A model generated the notes under the pieces. That model did no database searches. It was not told the origin of the DNA and worked only from the letters and a program-made list of their open reading frames with translations. Of a stretch of 64,000 bases of DNA, positions 36,601 through 50,573 are shown one piece after another; position 1 is the stretch's first letter, and each line of letters starts with the position of its first letter. The position numbers and the translations under genes are program-made. The stretch is from Psammoneis japonica (lineage: Eukaryota): positions 1 through 64,000 of the forward strand of contig QPGO01000097.1 of the NCBI GenBank assembly GCA_008632985.1, in the 5' to 3' direction.

Positions 36601-39600
36601 AAAGACGCACGATTCCACGAGAATCAGAACTCACCACATTTTGAGTCATTCTGACCCATTCCAGAGCCAGGGCTCACTCACATGGCACGACCCAATGGAT
36701 CATAACACTGTCAAGCAGGGCAGGGGTCGGGAGGCGGTGTCTTACCGGTCAAATCGGCCAAAAGCGCCATTGTCGGAGGGAGCGGTGGTTGTCGATCGGC
36801 CGCTCGGAAAAATTATGAGCCATCAACCCGACCGCGCACCGTTCGGAGTCGCACAGAATTTCTCGGTACAAAATGTACACAAGTGTACGTCAGTATAAAA
36901 CACGTGTAGAAGGGGTGTAAGTAGAAACTTACTGTCTCTCTGTTGACTACGAGGAGTCTGCCGTTAAACTATACCAGTATGTATAATTCTACGTGGTAGA
37001 TTTGAATCAATCCCACCAACGTTTTTGAATTTCGATCGTAATAACGGCTTTAGGTGCTGAGATGAATATAATATATAAGTTTGAATTAAATATCATATGC
37101 AATATTAATAATTTTGAATGATTGCGCGACTGCCAGTCGGCACGAAAAACCGTCGCCAATAAGTAAACCTGCAGTACAGAAGTACTCTTTTGCAATACTT
37201 TGGTACTTCAGTCTTGCACATGAAAGCGCTCCCTAAGTAGTTAACGGTCAAATTGTATATATAAAATCCTCACAGCGGGAGACCCTATATACGCTCCCGT
37301 GTGCACTCAACGCGCCTCGGTTACGACCTTCTCGTTGGGTTGCACAATGGCGAGAACGACCCACAGCTTGTCGTGTGGCCTTCTCGTCGGGCTGAAGCCC
37401 TCCTCGTCGTCCACCCTCCTCGCTGGGGTCGTTCTCGCCATTGTGCAACCCGCCTGGTCGGTCTCCACCTCGTTGCTTGGACCCTTCTCGTCGGGTTCGG
37501 CGGGGCCGAACCCTCCTCGTCGGGCTCCACAAGTGCACAGGGCGCGTACCTACAGCACTCCATGGCACAGCAGAAACAAACAAGCGTGGCATTGCTGGGG
37601 GAATTGCGCAGTTCCTCCGAGTGCTTTGTTCCAATGTAGAAGAAGTGGCTGAAGCCAGTCTGGCAGCTTGCCATGACAGCCAGATGAGCACAACCGCGCA
37701 CGCCAAGGTCATCGCGGATGTTGTCTGCAGGTGGACAAGCAAGAGAAAGTCAGAGATTTCTTGTGACAGAAGCAGGGAAGACCACAGTCTCCTGCATTGT
37801 GTCGCCATTGGATCTCAGCAAGACAGACTCCCATGGGACTGGACAGCCATCATCAAGGAAGAATGCTTCTGTGTGGTGATGGGACAGATCACCCTTCCTT
37901 AGAGCTTGTGTGCCCAAACATTCATGAATGAACTGATTGCAGTTGCAATCAACTGCATGTGCAAAAATGCCAACCCTCGCCTGGAGGTCTCTCATGCCAC
38001 ACTTCTTCATGCAGTGATTGCCAGCCTCAGCACAACTGCCAGCCAACAATTTGACAGACCAAAGGTTGCCAACCTTGTCCATCCCAAACAAGCAAAGAGC
38101 TGCGGTTTCATTGCATGTGAACCAACAGCAATCCTCTTTGTCTTTGTGTTCATCAGCTCTGTCACCAAGGCTCATGTTCTTGAGCTGAATCGAGCATGGC
38201 TCGCTTTTAGAAACTTCGGCACCGAGTTTGTCACGTGCGGGTTGGCCAAACTGATGAGTGTGCTCCTTGTTGTTGCAGGAAGGTGGGGGATCAAAATGAT
38301 CAACGCACAACTCATCCTGGCAGAGCTGCGTGCAGTCAAAGGCATCAGCTGACATGGCCTTCACTTTGGGAATGAAATCTTCATCATCTTTGTCCATTGC
38401 AAAAATGTCAAAGCCAGACAAAGGAGATGGCATTGCTTTGCGGTTGTCTCTGACAACAAAATTCTGTCTGCAGCAACCAAAGTCAACACAACTGTTGTGA
38501 ACAGCCCCCCCCGGGGTGACTCTAATTGCAGTTCTTGTCAACTGTGCTGTGCTCCAAAACAAAATGAGTGAGTGTTCCAAAATGAATTTTGAGCCCAGAG
38601 AAATGTTTTTTCTTGAACAGCTGGTCATTGGAATGGAGTGTGGTTTGTCCAGCTGCAATCTTGGTGACACTGGGAGGGACTGCAATCAACTTGCAAGAAT
38701 GCCACATTGGATTGGGGAGTGACCTTGATGACTCAAACAAATGTGTCAAAACATGGAGGTTCACCATGAGGCAGAAATCCAAAGGGGAGTGACAGAGAAT
38801 GAGCTCTTGGTCGTTCATGTTGTCATCAACATCGCCATCTTCATCTGCACCATTGTAAAATGCATGAACACGAGGAGCAACCTTGGCAATTTGTTGGAGG
38901 CTGGGTGTGGGACACTGACATTCTGGTGGGAAACGAGCATGCCAGTCATCCACAGGAACAACAAACTGGTTGTTCATTCAATGAAGGCCGGTTGGTCGGT
39001 GGCTGGAAACATTGTCATCTGTGGTCTCATTGTCTTTGTCATCATCTGGGTCACTGATGAGTTGAGCAAGGGGGGGGGGGGGGGACTGCAAATTGGGATG
39101 GCCAGAGGGATCACAGAGATGGCAGCGGGAAGGAGGTTCCACGGCCTTCTTGGTTGTGGAGGGTGCAAGTGTGCCTGGGTGCAAACAACAACACAAATGC
39201 AAAGAATTTGTAGAGGAAAATTCAAAGAACAAATGTTTGACTGAATGAGGGTAAAAAACTGACCTTTGGCGGATCCAGATCCATCATCTTCTGACCCTTC
39301 CTTGGCACACCAAACCACGTCAAGGAGACAAACAATTTTTTCTGTTGAGGCTTGAGGTGCCTGCACGTTAGATCACAAACATGGGAGTGGGCTGTTGCCA
39401 GGTTCTTCATTTTTGGACGGTTGAGATCCTTGCAAGCATGCTTGAAGGCACAGCGCATCTGCTCTTCCACCTCTGAACCGCGGCAGGAGGCATTTCTTTT
39501 GTCCTTTGGCCTTGTTGGACATCTGATCCCGGATGGCACCTGGACCTTTCCTCAACATGTTCTTGACAATGTTGCCAGATTTTACTTTGACGTTGGCATT

Positions 39601-41699
39601 GACAGTTTGCAGGAGAATTGTCAGAGGTCATCACAAATGTCTTTGGTTTGGAGCATTGAGAGAAAACAAGTCTTGACCAATGTCAGGTGTCACCAAAGTT
39701 TGGTGCAACATGAGGGAGGAATGGAGCATTCACTGTTGATGCTGCAATGCTCTGAGTCTGCACGAAAAAAGTCAGCCTTGGCAATGAAGCTGCTCTTCTC
39801 AAGAAAGGTTGAGTGGTCACAGAGTTTTTTGGAATTTGCAAACCCATGCATGCAATCCACCATGGCAGTGAGGTTCTTGCCATGGCAGGAAAGATTGCTG
39901 GAGGACTCAATGACTTTTTGGCATTGAAGAGCAAAGCAACCAGTGCACTTGCCGACCTTTCTTTCCAGCTTGCAGGTCCAACCGCGGCTCTTGATGCAGT
40001 GGAACCCATCTTTGCACCCAAGAGATTGACCTGTGATGTCATCAACTGCTGTGCATTGCTTGAAAAATGGCACAGTCCATTCTTGGGGTTGTGCCACAAA
40101 CAAGGCAATGCCAGAAAGTCAGGGGAGGGGTTCCACTGGACACTGGAAAGATGTTTCTTCCTTGCACATTGCATTTCTGTCATCCTCCTGAAGTGTTGTT
40201 TGGCAATGCAATGTTTGCCATCACCACTTGTGAAAACAATTGTGTTGTCGTCCATTTCGATGACTTGCAAATGTGGAAAACAAATGTCAGAAAAGCCAAA
40301 CAGAAGCATGTTGAACAACAACAGAAAAATGTGGCACACAGCATTTTTTGTTAGAACTGGTTTTTCTGGCAGTCCCAAGGTTGGTTTCGGCAGCGCCAGC
40401 GGCGCCATTGTCAATGTCATCATCATTGGAAAGGCAAGCACCATGGTCAAACAACTCTTCAGAGAACTCATCATTTGCAAAGGGGAGAACATGCAGCAAG
40501 TCCGCACTGTGGCCAGAATTGATGGAACAGGTGGAATCATCATCATCGGAAGATTCCAAGGCAGCAGCTCTGGCAAAACTGCAGGAATCACAGGATGATT
40601 CTTCCTCCTTTTGGCCATCAACGTCTGCACATGCAAGAGTGCGCCCCAGGGAGCGACCAAGGCAAGTGCATGCTTTCTCCAAAGATGACAACGGAATGCC
40701 AGCAGCAGCAACAGCACTTGAGTTGTGGTGCAAAGGAGAGAGTCAAGAATGCTGCCATTGCCAACTGAAAAACAATCATTGCTGTCATCAGCGGAATCAA
40801 CTGGCTTGTCTTGGGCAGGATGGACTGGAGGAGGCAAAACAACAGGCCTCATCATTGCAACAAATGGGTGCCATGGGGCTGCACGCAATCTACGCAGATT
40901 TTGTCATGTCAATTTTGGCAAAAACAAAGAGAGCAGAAGTTGACAGGGTGAAAAAGATGCAGAAAGATTGCAGAATGGACAAAATGATTGCAGCCCAAGT
41001 CATTTGTCTCAATGCACATTGAGCAATTGTGAGTGCATCACCACCAATGAAGGGGCTGGCATGTGTTGTGCATGATGAGATGTGAGTGACTTGGATGTGA
41101 CAGTTGTGATCAGGTGAGAAAAAACATCACTGAGTGCAAACAAACAAGCAAGGGCAAAATGGACATGGGCAGCTGCATGTGCCACAAACAGGGGCATGTC
41201 CGGCATGTCAATTGTTGCATTTTTTAAGACGGAAGAGCAAAAACAACACGAGCATGTCTGGGGGCAGTGTTCAGGTGAACAATGAATGTGGGCATGTGCA
41301 AATGAATGAGAAAGGTGGGGTGAAAATAAAGGACAGCGCAAACAAACAAGTGAGGGGGGCACGGAACACATGAAGATGTGAGCCCAACAAACAATGGCAG
41401 GGGATGATGATTTGTGATTCATGTGGCTTCACACGCCTCTCTGATGACCCAAGGACAACCAAGGTTGAGTCCACTGCCTCCCTTGCCATTGCAAGGGTCA
41501 GTGCAACTCCAGCTGCAGTGCAAGTCACAATCATTGGAATGACCATACCAAGGATGAACAATCACGTCTCCTCATCTGGGGGGAGGAACACTGAAAGACC
41601 AAACAGGTCTTCGTCAATGGCCCAAGCTCAGGGACTTGGAGCCAAGAGCCACCCATCATGCCAGCTGACTCACTGTCATGTCCACAACCCCCAACTGTG

Positions 41700-44669
41700 G
41701 AGAGTTTCAAGCAGCAGTGCACCCGCCCCACCACACGTGTGGACAGGATGTTGCTGCTGCCATCCATGATGACAAACCAGGCAAGCACATTTGATCCAAC
41801 ACTGCTGCATTGCGTTGCCAAGGTCTCAGTTGCTTGTTGCATCTTCACAGTGGCAGAGGCAATTGGGGCCCACTTCACCAAGTCAAGCAGCACCCAGCAC
41901 ACCGATTGCTGAATGGCTGCAAGTGCCAAGGTGCTCCAATCACCATTGCCAGTGCACCATGGATGCATGCTGAGCCAGACACCAGTGTCTCCAGGGGCCC
42001 ACACAAATCTGCTTACGAGCATGTCGAGTTTCCATGCAATGACATGGCAGATGTGGGTGAGAAAGGATTTTGGGTTGTGGTTCCCCACTGCAAGGTCCGA
42101 CGCACACCAGGACCAAGACTCAGCCCCATTGGCATCGTCGTGCAACACGGCTGCCACCCACATCCCATGGTCAACCACACATGCTGTGGGACTGACACCT
42201 CCACTCAACCAAATGCAGCCATGGAGGCCATGAAATTTGGGCGTGTGCTTGACCGGCTCTTGTGCCAAATTTTGCTTGCAGATCCACATCAAGGCAAGGT
42301 CTACCTCATGAAGACAGACCTTGCCAATGGCTGCCACCACATGCAGTTGAACCCCAAATGGGCACCTTCTCTTGGAGTGGTTTTCCCAAGCCAGCCTGGA
42401 GAACCGCCATCAGTTGCCATCCCGACAGGACTTCCCATGGGTTGGGCCAACTCCCCACCCTTGTTTTGCACTGCCAAGGAGACAGTTGCAGATCTTGCCA
42501 ACATTGACTTGGTCCGCAATGTACAAGCACCACCTCACCCTCTTGAGCCCCACCTCAATGGCTGACCAGCCAAACATCAACCACCCCCCGTCATGTCCAC
42601 CAATGCCATGCCCATTCCAACCCAACCTGACCCACATCTCCGGCCACAACGTTGCCATTGCCTTCAACACATTGACATCTGTGTTGATGATTTTGTTGGT
42701 GTGGCACAGGGCTCCAATCATGCCCGCTGCAATGTCCACCGGGTGATTTTGCACATCCCAGATGATGTCTTCCACCCACTCGATTCCCAAGACCAGGCCA
42801 CCCACAAGGAGCCCATCTCCATTGCCAGGAAGCTCTGCCAGGGTGACACCACATGGTCCATGCAGAAAGAAGTCCTCAGTTGGATCACAGACATGTGCTC
42901 TGTGACCCTCCGGCTCACACCACGTTGGCATGCACGCCTTCACACCATGCTGCACCAAGATGTTCCCCCTGCTGGAAAACATGCCACTTTCAGGCAAACT
43001 TTGCTCCCTTGGCATTGCCCTTCCCGGTTCCCAAGGTTTGTTCTCTGAGCTTCAAGAAAATCTCTGCCACACCACCCCAGACTCCCGAGTCTGCATTTTG
43101 GCCAACTCACACTCAGCCCTCAATGACTTTCAGGATCTCGAATCCACCATCGACTCCCAATCCATTCGCATCCAAGAGTCAGTGCCCCCAAAGCCAACTC
43201 TCACTGGCTGTCATGACACTGCAGGTCATGGTGCAGGAGGAGTCCTGCTCCCCACTGACACCACTGCACCATGCAAAGCCACTCTCCACCTCACCCAGCA
43301 AATCCGTTTCTACAAGAAACAGGATCCGCCTCCCAACCGTGTAAAGCCCATCCCCATTGCTGTCCTGCAGTGGATCATGACCACGGCAGTGCTCAGCAAT
43401 GACCCCTGAACACAGGCCATCACTGACACATGATTGCCACAGCATTTTTCTTTCTGTTGCAACCAGGCAAGTGCACCGCAACACCATCAGACACCACTCC
43501 CTTTCATTTCACTGAAGTCCACCTGGCATCCAGTGGTGCCTGCATTGACATCATGCAAGCACCCCTTGCCCACCTGGACATGGCCACCTTTGCCATCCTT
43601 GTCTTCACTGCTCAAAAGAATGGAGTGCACGGCAAAGTCATTGGCCTTGGTTTGTCAGGACACCCCAACTTGTGCCCCGTCCAAGCCTTCATCCACCAAG
43701 TCCAACACTTGCACTCCAGTGGTGCATTGCCTGACACAACTCTTGGTGTCTGTTTGCAAAGTGACACCTGGCGGCACGTCCCTCGGCCAACATCACCAGC
43801 ATGCTTTGCAATGCTGTCACTGCTCTTGGTCCAGCAAATCTCGGCTTCAACACCTGAGATGTCACTGCTTGGTGTCTCCATGCTGCCAGTGCAATGGCCC
43901 TTCTTTGTGCCCATGTTGACATCAACCTCATCTGGCTCTCAGGCCACTGGCAATCTGACAAAATGTTGTGCCATCTGCATCTCCAAGGAGAACCCATCAT
44001 GCACAACTTTGCTCATGACATGCTTGCCGGTGGCAACTTTGTTCTCCACCCTGATGACGATGCTCCCTCAAAATCCTCAAGATCCTCAGGACAACTGATC
44101 ACCACAGCCTTCCAGCCTCAGCCCACCCACCCTCCCAAGAGTGCATGGCACTGTGGGTGTGGTGCTGGAAGGCCCTGCCATTCCAGCTTGGGTTTTTTGG
44201 GAATGAGGCTTGTGCATCTGCCAGCAAAGCCATTCCAGTCCATCATTGGAAGGTCTCCTGGACAGTCTGGTTTATCCAGGAAAAGACACAGGAGAAGAGA
44301 AACAAGATGGGTGGTGCGAGCCACCAACCTCATGCAGTTTGACCAGACAAATGACCCTTTCTGACCATTGGGTCATTTTTTCTGGCCGTTGAAAATTTTT
44401 AACGCACTTGCATGGAAAAAGCAACGGTTGCTTTTTTGAGCTCTCCACTGTCCAAAGAGCAACAAAGAGCAATGACTGTCGCAAGACAGTTTTCAACACT
44501 CCCACCTCTCCCACCCTCTGGCCCTGCCATTCCAGCTTGGGTTTTTGGGAATGAGGCTTGTGTGTCTGCCAGCAAAGCCATTCCAGTCCATCATCAGAAG
44601 GTCTCCCAGACAGTCTGGTTCATCTAGAAAGAGATGCAGGAGAAGAAACGAGATGGGTGGTGCAAGCCG
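41700..44669 (+). mobile_element. Decayed DIRS/Ngaro-type tyrosine-recombinase retrotransposon (RT, partial RNase H, YR, 3' split direct repeats)
   Basis: RT motifs MKTDLANG, LPMGWANSPPLFC and ICVDDF; RNase H start GCHDTAGHGAGG. YR motifs AFFFLLQPGKC, FTAQKNG, LCPV, AMALL and SGHWQSDKMLCHLH. A 150-bp direct repeat lies at 44171-44321 and 44520-44669. Confidence 0.85.
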
Positions 44670-45079
44670 CATGCTGTGCTGCATCCTTGTGTTCAGTTTT
44701 GGCCAAAGTTGGCCACACATCCGGGTTTTCCTTGGCACATGTTCAGCACACATTCTGCACAGTTGGCCAACATCAACTCTCAAGCTCCAAAGGCTCGTTT
44801 CAGATTTTGTGGCCGGTTTGAGTGAATTTTTTGTTTTTCGACGTTTGTCATGCAGCATTTCTCTTTGAAAATGTCCACAATTGTGTTCCATTTTATTCAT
44901 TGTGTTGCACCCCAGCACTTGCCACTGCACATTTGCATCAAAGCACATGTGCAGTGCCACAGGGCAGATTGCTTCACCAAGCTCAATGATTCAAATGAAA
45001 TCCCATTCAACTGGACTCAAGGAGAACAACAGAATGAGCATCTTGATGTGGGCAAACAAAATTTTTTTGTTTTCTCCAC

Positions 45080-46150
45080 CCCACAATGAATGCAGTTTTC
45101 TTGACCTGCCACATCTGTTGTTGCAGTGGATGTCTGTCACAATTTTCGTGGGACACCTCTTCCTGGCACAGATGCCCTCCACGCTTGTTCTTGTGGCACT
45201 CACAGATTTCTCATCCCCATGATGAATGCTGGTTTCTGAACCACACAACATTGCACCATTGAGACAGACATCTGCCATTGTTTGTGGTGGACATTGAACA
45301 TCATGTGGTGGACAACACCCCACCATGCTCATTGTGACAGATGATGTTCATTCCTTTTCATTCCTGTTCAAAGGGCTCCTGACCATGCAACAAGTGCTGG
45401 TTTCTCAACCCCCCCAACATTGTTGTTTCAGATGTCCATCAAAAACATTTCATGACAAATGTGTTTGCCATGCCCACAATGACATTCTCAAACCTTTCCC
45501 CCTCCCCCCTCAGAGATTTCTCAGCCCCACTGTGAACGCTTCTCAATCCCACAACATTGCTGTGTGGTGGACTTCCATCACAACTCATGGATGGACATTC
45601 TTGTTGTGGACTTTTCATGATGGACATCCATCATGCCTGTGATGGACACTCAAACCACTCAACTCAAAAAGGGTTTCTTGACCTCACAATGAATGCAGCT
45701 TTCTTGACCCCCCACAGCCAATGACATCTGGTGTCCATCATGAATTTTGATGGACATTTTGTGACAGACATTCCAAGCTCTTTGTCTCCATTCAAAGGTT
45801 TTCATCCCACAAGGAGTGCAGGTTTGTGAGCCCCAAAACATTGCTGCAGCAGATGGCCATCACAACCCATGGGGCAAACACTTCATCACTGACATTTTGT
45901 GTGAAGGATGTCCATCATGCTCTGTGATGGATGTTCAAACCTTTTTTTCATTCCTGGGTGCCAGCTCAAAAGTTTCTCAACTCTGCAATGAATGCGGGTC
46001 TCTTGACCCCCACAATGTCCATGCAATGGTTCTTGATGTCCATCATGATTTGAGACAGACATTTCATTGCAGACATCCACCATGCTTGTGGCAGACACTC
46101 AAACCTTCTTTTTTGTCACACTGCCAAAAGGCTTCCCAACCCCACAATGA
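45080..46150. repeat. Degenerate tandem repeat array
   Basis: caatgaatgc.g...tcttgacc recurs at ~45085, 45687 and 45986; ccatcatgc...tgtgatgga...tcaaacc recurs at ~45628, 45912 and 46077. Confidence 0.6.
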
Positions 46151-49100
46151 TCACAGGTTTCATGATCCTAAAATGCCATTGTGAAAGATGTGTTTGCTGC
46201 AACTCGTGGAAAAAAAATTTTTGATGGACATCAATCTTGCTCATGACAAGTTGTGTTCAATGCTTTTTCATTGCTGCTCAAGGGTTTCTTGATTCTGCAA
46301 CAAACAACAAAAGCAGCAGCGCCACCTTTGGTTCCTTTTTTGCCCTTGCCTTTGCTGGTGGCAGCTGGGTGGCATTTTTGCAGTCCAAGCAGCCCAAAAA
46401 CAGCATTTTTTGTGTCAGGACTGCACATCTTGTTGTGCTGGCTGTGACTGCTCCTGAACCAGTTAACAAGATCATGGCAGCACTTGAGGCCTTGTTTGGA
46501 CCACCCTTCATGTGCACTCCCCTTGTCCTTGCCAGTTGCCCATCTTTGTCCACCTGCATCTGCCTCTCCTGCAATCTTGAATTTGCTTTCCTCCATCACA
46601 TCCTTGACAACAATGTTTTTGGGCATGACCTCAGTCCTCATGGCCACTTTTTGGCCTGGAATGCTCTCAGCCAGCATTTTCCCATGTGGATCTCACTGCC
46701 CTGGTCTCACAGCAATTGATCTTGTTGAACACCAGAGCTGCACTGCTTTGTTCCTTTGTGAGTTTCTGCTTAATCCGCAAGGCAAAAGCTGCAAAGAAAG
46801 GGACCAATGATGTTGTGTGCTGCCCCCACTCACCTGGACAAAGCCACCACCACATGTCATGAACAAAGTGTGGAGTTGTTGGTGTCCATTTGTCCACCCT
46901 TGTTTGGCTTTTTCACCCAGCATGTTGCTGGGGAAAAATGCAAGACAATGCACAAGAACAACCACAAATTTTGCAGGAAATGAAAGTGACAATTGCAGTG
47001 ACAGGGCCACCATCAATTGGTGTTTTCTCACCCACTCTGGTGTTTCCCTCATGCAGACACTCAGAGTGCCACGCATCTTGTCCCTCAGTGCCTTTGTTGC
47101 CCACCACCCAAATGCAAAAGATCTCATTTTGTCTTGCCACAGATTCTGTCACAGCCCACAACCAGTTGAGCTCATTGGGGTTTTGTCAGTTTCTCAAACT
47201 TTGTCAAGAAGGACAAAGTTGGCAAATGTGCTGTTGTGCATCACACTGCTGCAGAACATTGGCTCCTCTGTGCAGCACAGAGTCTGCTTTGCTGGGCAAA
47301 GGTGGTGGCCAGTCAACTCAGCAATGCTGTTGCTCACAGTCTGCTCTGCATGGGCTGCAGCCAGGTCATTCTCGAAAAGCAATGTGGGCTCACTTCTTGG
47401 CTGTCTCACAGGTTGCTGGTGCACTCTCAGTCTGTGCACAGTCATTGGCTCTTTCTCTGCTTGCTTGCTTTGGTTCTTTGAGGGTGCTGCTGGAACAACA
47501 ACAAAAGCCTTTGCACAGCTGGCCTTGTCCAGATCCTCTTTGCCAGCAGACTTTCTGATGAGGAGGCACCAGGCAACATGCTTGGAGCTGCTGTTTTGAG
47601 CATCAATGTACAGTGCTTCTCTGTGTGTGACATTGAGACCCCCACTTTTTGTTCTGTCGCCCAGTGCCCCAACTTGTCAAGACAGTGCCAACAGAGCCAG
47701 CATCAGATGAAACTTTGGGGTGCATTGTCAACTGGCAGAGGGGTTGGCAGTGGGCAGTCATCAGATTTGGCTCCTTGCAGTGTGGCTCCTGCTGTCAAAA
47801 AGCTGTCCACAGAGAAGCTCCTTTCCAACTTGACAAATCTGCTTCCTTTGACCCTGTGTGCACATTTCATGTTCCAGAGGTGCTGCAGCAACAAGCTGCA
47901 AACAAGACTGGCAGTCAATGTGACACTCATGCCTGCAGTTCCAGAGAGGTCAAAAGAGCACCATTGCATTGGACCACTTTTCAGCCCCATTTTGTGACTC
48001 ATTGAGTTGACTTGCTTGATCATTCTTTGTCAAAACTTGGTCATTTCTCAGTCACAAGGAGTCTGCTCCTGCACTTCTGAAAGGGGTCCAATCAATCACA
48101 ACAGGTGGGGGCAGCCCAGGTCTGCTGAGTGCAGTTCAATTGCTTTCCATCTGTTTTCACAGACTTGTCAAGGTCAAGTGGTTCCTTGGACACAGCACAT
48201 TGCCTGCCAAAGTTGCTTGGAGAAGAGAGCTCTAAAAAAAAGCCCCGTCATTTGAAAAGGTTGCAAAGCAGCTCATTTGGTCAGGGCTTTGCAAACTGGC
48301 TTTTTGAACACTTTTCATCTTGATCCTGCAATGGATTGTTGTGATGTGCTGCAAGCTGTTAGGACAAAATGCCAGCAATGAAATCTGTCAACCATGTTGT
48401 TGCCATCATGTCTTGTTTTTGGCGTGCCTGACTTGACAACATCAGATTGGTTGTGAGCATTGCAAAACACCAACAAGATGAGTTCCCTTGCAAGGAACTC
48501 CTGACAACTCAAACAAGGCTTTGAAAGCATTCAATTGCCATGAGGGGGTCTTCTTCAAGTTCATCTCAGGATCATTTGGGAGCAGCAAGCAAGGTCCTGG
48601 TGCTTTGCCACTGGCAGGAGTGGCTGCCAGCCTTGCAGCATGCCATCACTTCTGGGGCAAATCATTGACAGAGTTTTCATCAGCAGTGTCATCTGAAACC
48701 TTCAAGCTGATTTCAACCAAATTTTGTTGCTGCTTGGCTGCAGAGCTGGGGTCTTCTTGATTGCCCAACAAATGGCAGAATTCATCCCTGACACCTTGGA
48801 GATCCATTTGCTCAAAGGAATGCCTCTGCTGACCTGCTGTTTTGACCTTCTGCTCATTTCTTCTGGCCAGCTTTTGTCACCTGGTCTTTGTCTTTGACCC
48901 AAGCTTCTGACTTGACTTGGATGGAATTGAGTGCATTTTGCAGGTTTGTCTCAGGTGTGAACCCATCCACAACTTGCTTCTTTCCAGGAAGGAAATGTTG
49001 GGGCTGGTTCCTTGCCATTGACATCTCAGTTGGAAACATCTCATTCATTCCATGATGTTGGGCAACAATTTTGTCTGCAGCAAGTGCCCCCACCTTGTTG

Positions 49101-49599
49101 GCATCAACAACCACCCATCTGAGTGTCTCCCAAGCCATCTGTGTTGGAGAGTTGGCACCCTCATTTCTGTTGATGCTCTCTGCAACCACTGCTTTGCTCA
49201 TCTTTTTTTGCTCTGTGACTTCTGTGGAGGCGGGCCCCAATCAGTGTCCTTGTTGCCACTGTCCTCCACACTTGCTGCAGCTGGTGTCTCTCTTGCTCTC
49301 TCTTTCCATTCCTCCTGCAGCTTCTTCACACAACACCCTTTTCTCAGAGATGCATGCTCAGCTGTCTAAAAAAGACCTGGCCATCACACACAAACAGCCT
49401 GACCATGTGCAGCACACCATCCCTGATCTGGCATGTCAAAAAGAACAACAGTGTGGATCACATGCAGGACAAAGGGAAGGAGACAATCAACAAAAAATGG
49501 AGTGCAGGTCAAACTGGATGACACTCAAGGAAGAGTCAGGCAAGAAGTCATGCAAGAAGGGCTGCTCTGCAGATGCCAATTGTGGTCAAAACAGAAACA

Positions 49600-50573
49600 T
49601 CAGTGGCAGCGCCACATCATCAGAGCATGTTGCATCAATCCAAAAGCTTTGGCGTGGTCATTGCTTGGGTTGACAGTGCAGTGCAACAGGGTGTGTGTGA
49701 AGTGGCAATGTGCCCTGCACATCCTTTTGGCCAAGGAGATTGAACCACTGAACATCAGTGTGGTGTGAGCATTGGTCAGAGTGTGGTTCTTGTTGACAAT
49801 TTTGATGGCTGGCTCATTGCAGGTGTGCAACAGGACAGGGCCAATTTGAGAAAAGCCAAGTTCCTTGAGGACAGATTGCCAAAGAGAAAGAACCTGGTTT
49901 GGCAGCAGTGCAGGCAACACAAAACTCAGCCTCAGTCAAGCTTGTTGCCATCATGGACTGTGCCTTGCACTGACAGGAAATGGTGGCACCAGCCAACATG
50001 CAGGCCCATCCAGCAGCAGAGCAGCAATGGCCTTTGCCATTGCTGCTGCAGGCAGCATCTGAGAAAGCAAGCAGTTGAGCAAGAGAATTGGCACAAGGGA
50101 ATCTTGGGAAAAGAGTCTTGTCCAACTCAAGATTCTCAAAAGGACATGCTGGCAAAACAGGGTCCTTGCAGGGCTTCTTGGAATTCACCTCCCAATGCCT
50201 GAATCATTGAAGGCATTTTGCAGCACCAGCACCTTTCAAAGCTGCATGATGGATCAGACCTGGCAATGGTGCAAGCTTGGAGGAGAGGGAGTCATGGCAG
50301 CACAACTCTGATGCTGAGTTGGCAGATCATGTGATGGGCTTGCAACAACTCACTGAGAAGGTTGCAAGATCCAAAGCTCTGGGCTTCAGCAAGTTCTTTG
50401 AAGTTGGAAGTGCCCTCTGCAGGGCCAGCAATGTCCAAGTTGTTGGTGCAACAGGAGGTGTTTCGTGTCAGCATTGAGAGGCTGAACTGGCACCTTTTCC
50501 TCAAGGTGAGATTTGGGGGGGGGTTGTCACAACACACATTTGGGGCCAACTTTGGCTCGACCTTTGGTGCAGT
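49600..50573 (-). mobile_element. Ty1/Copia RT-RNase H fragment
   Basis: LAFSDAA, AGATIS...AQSMMATSLTEAEF...AAK and VLKELGF...NEPAIKIV are Copia RNase H motifs. The fragment is cut off by the assembly gap. Confidence 0.8.
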
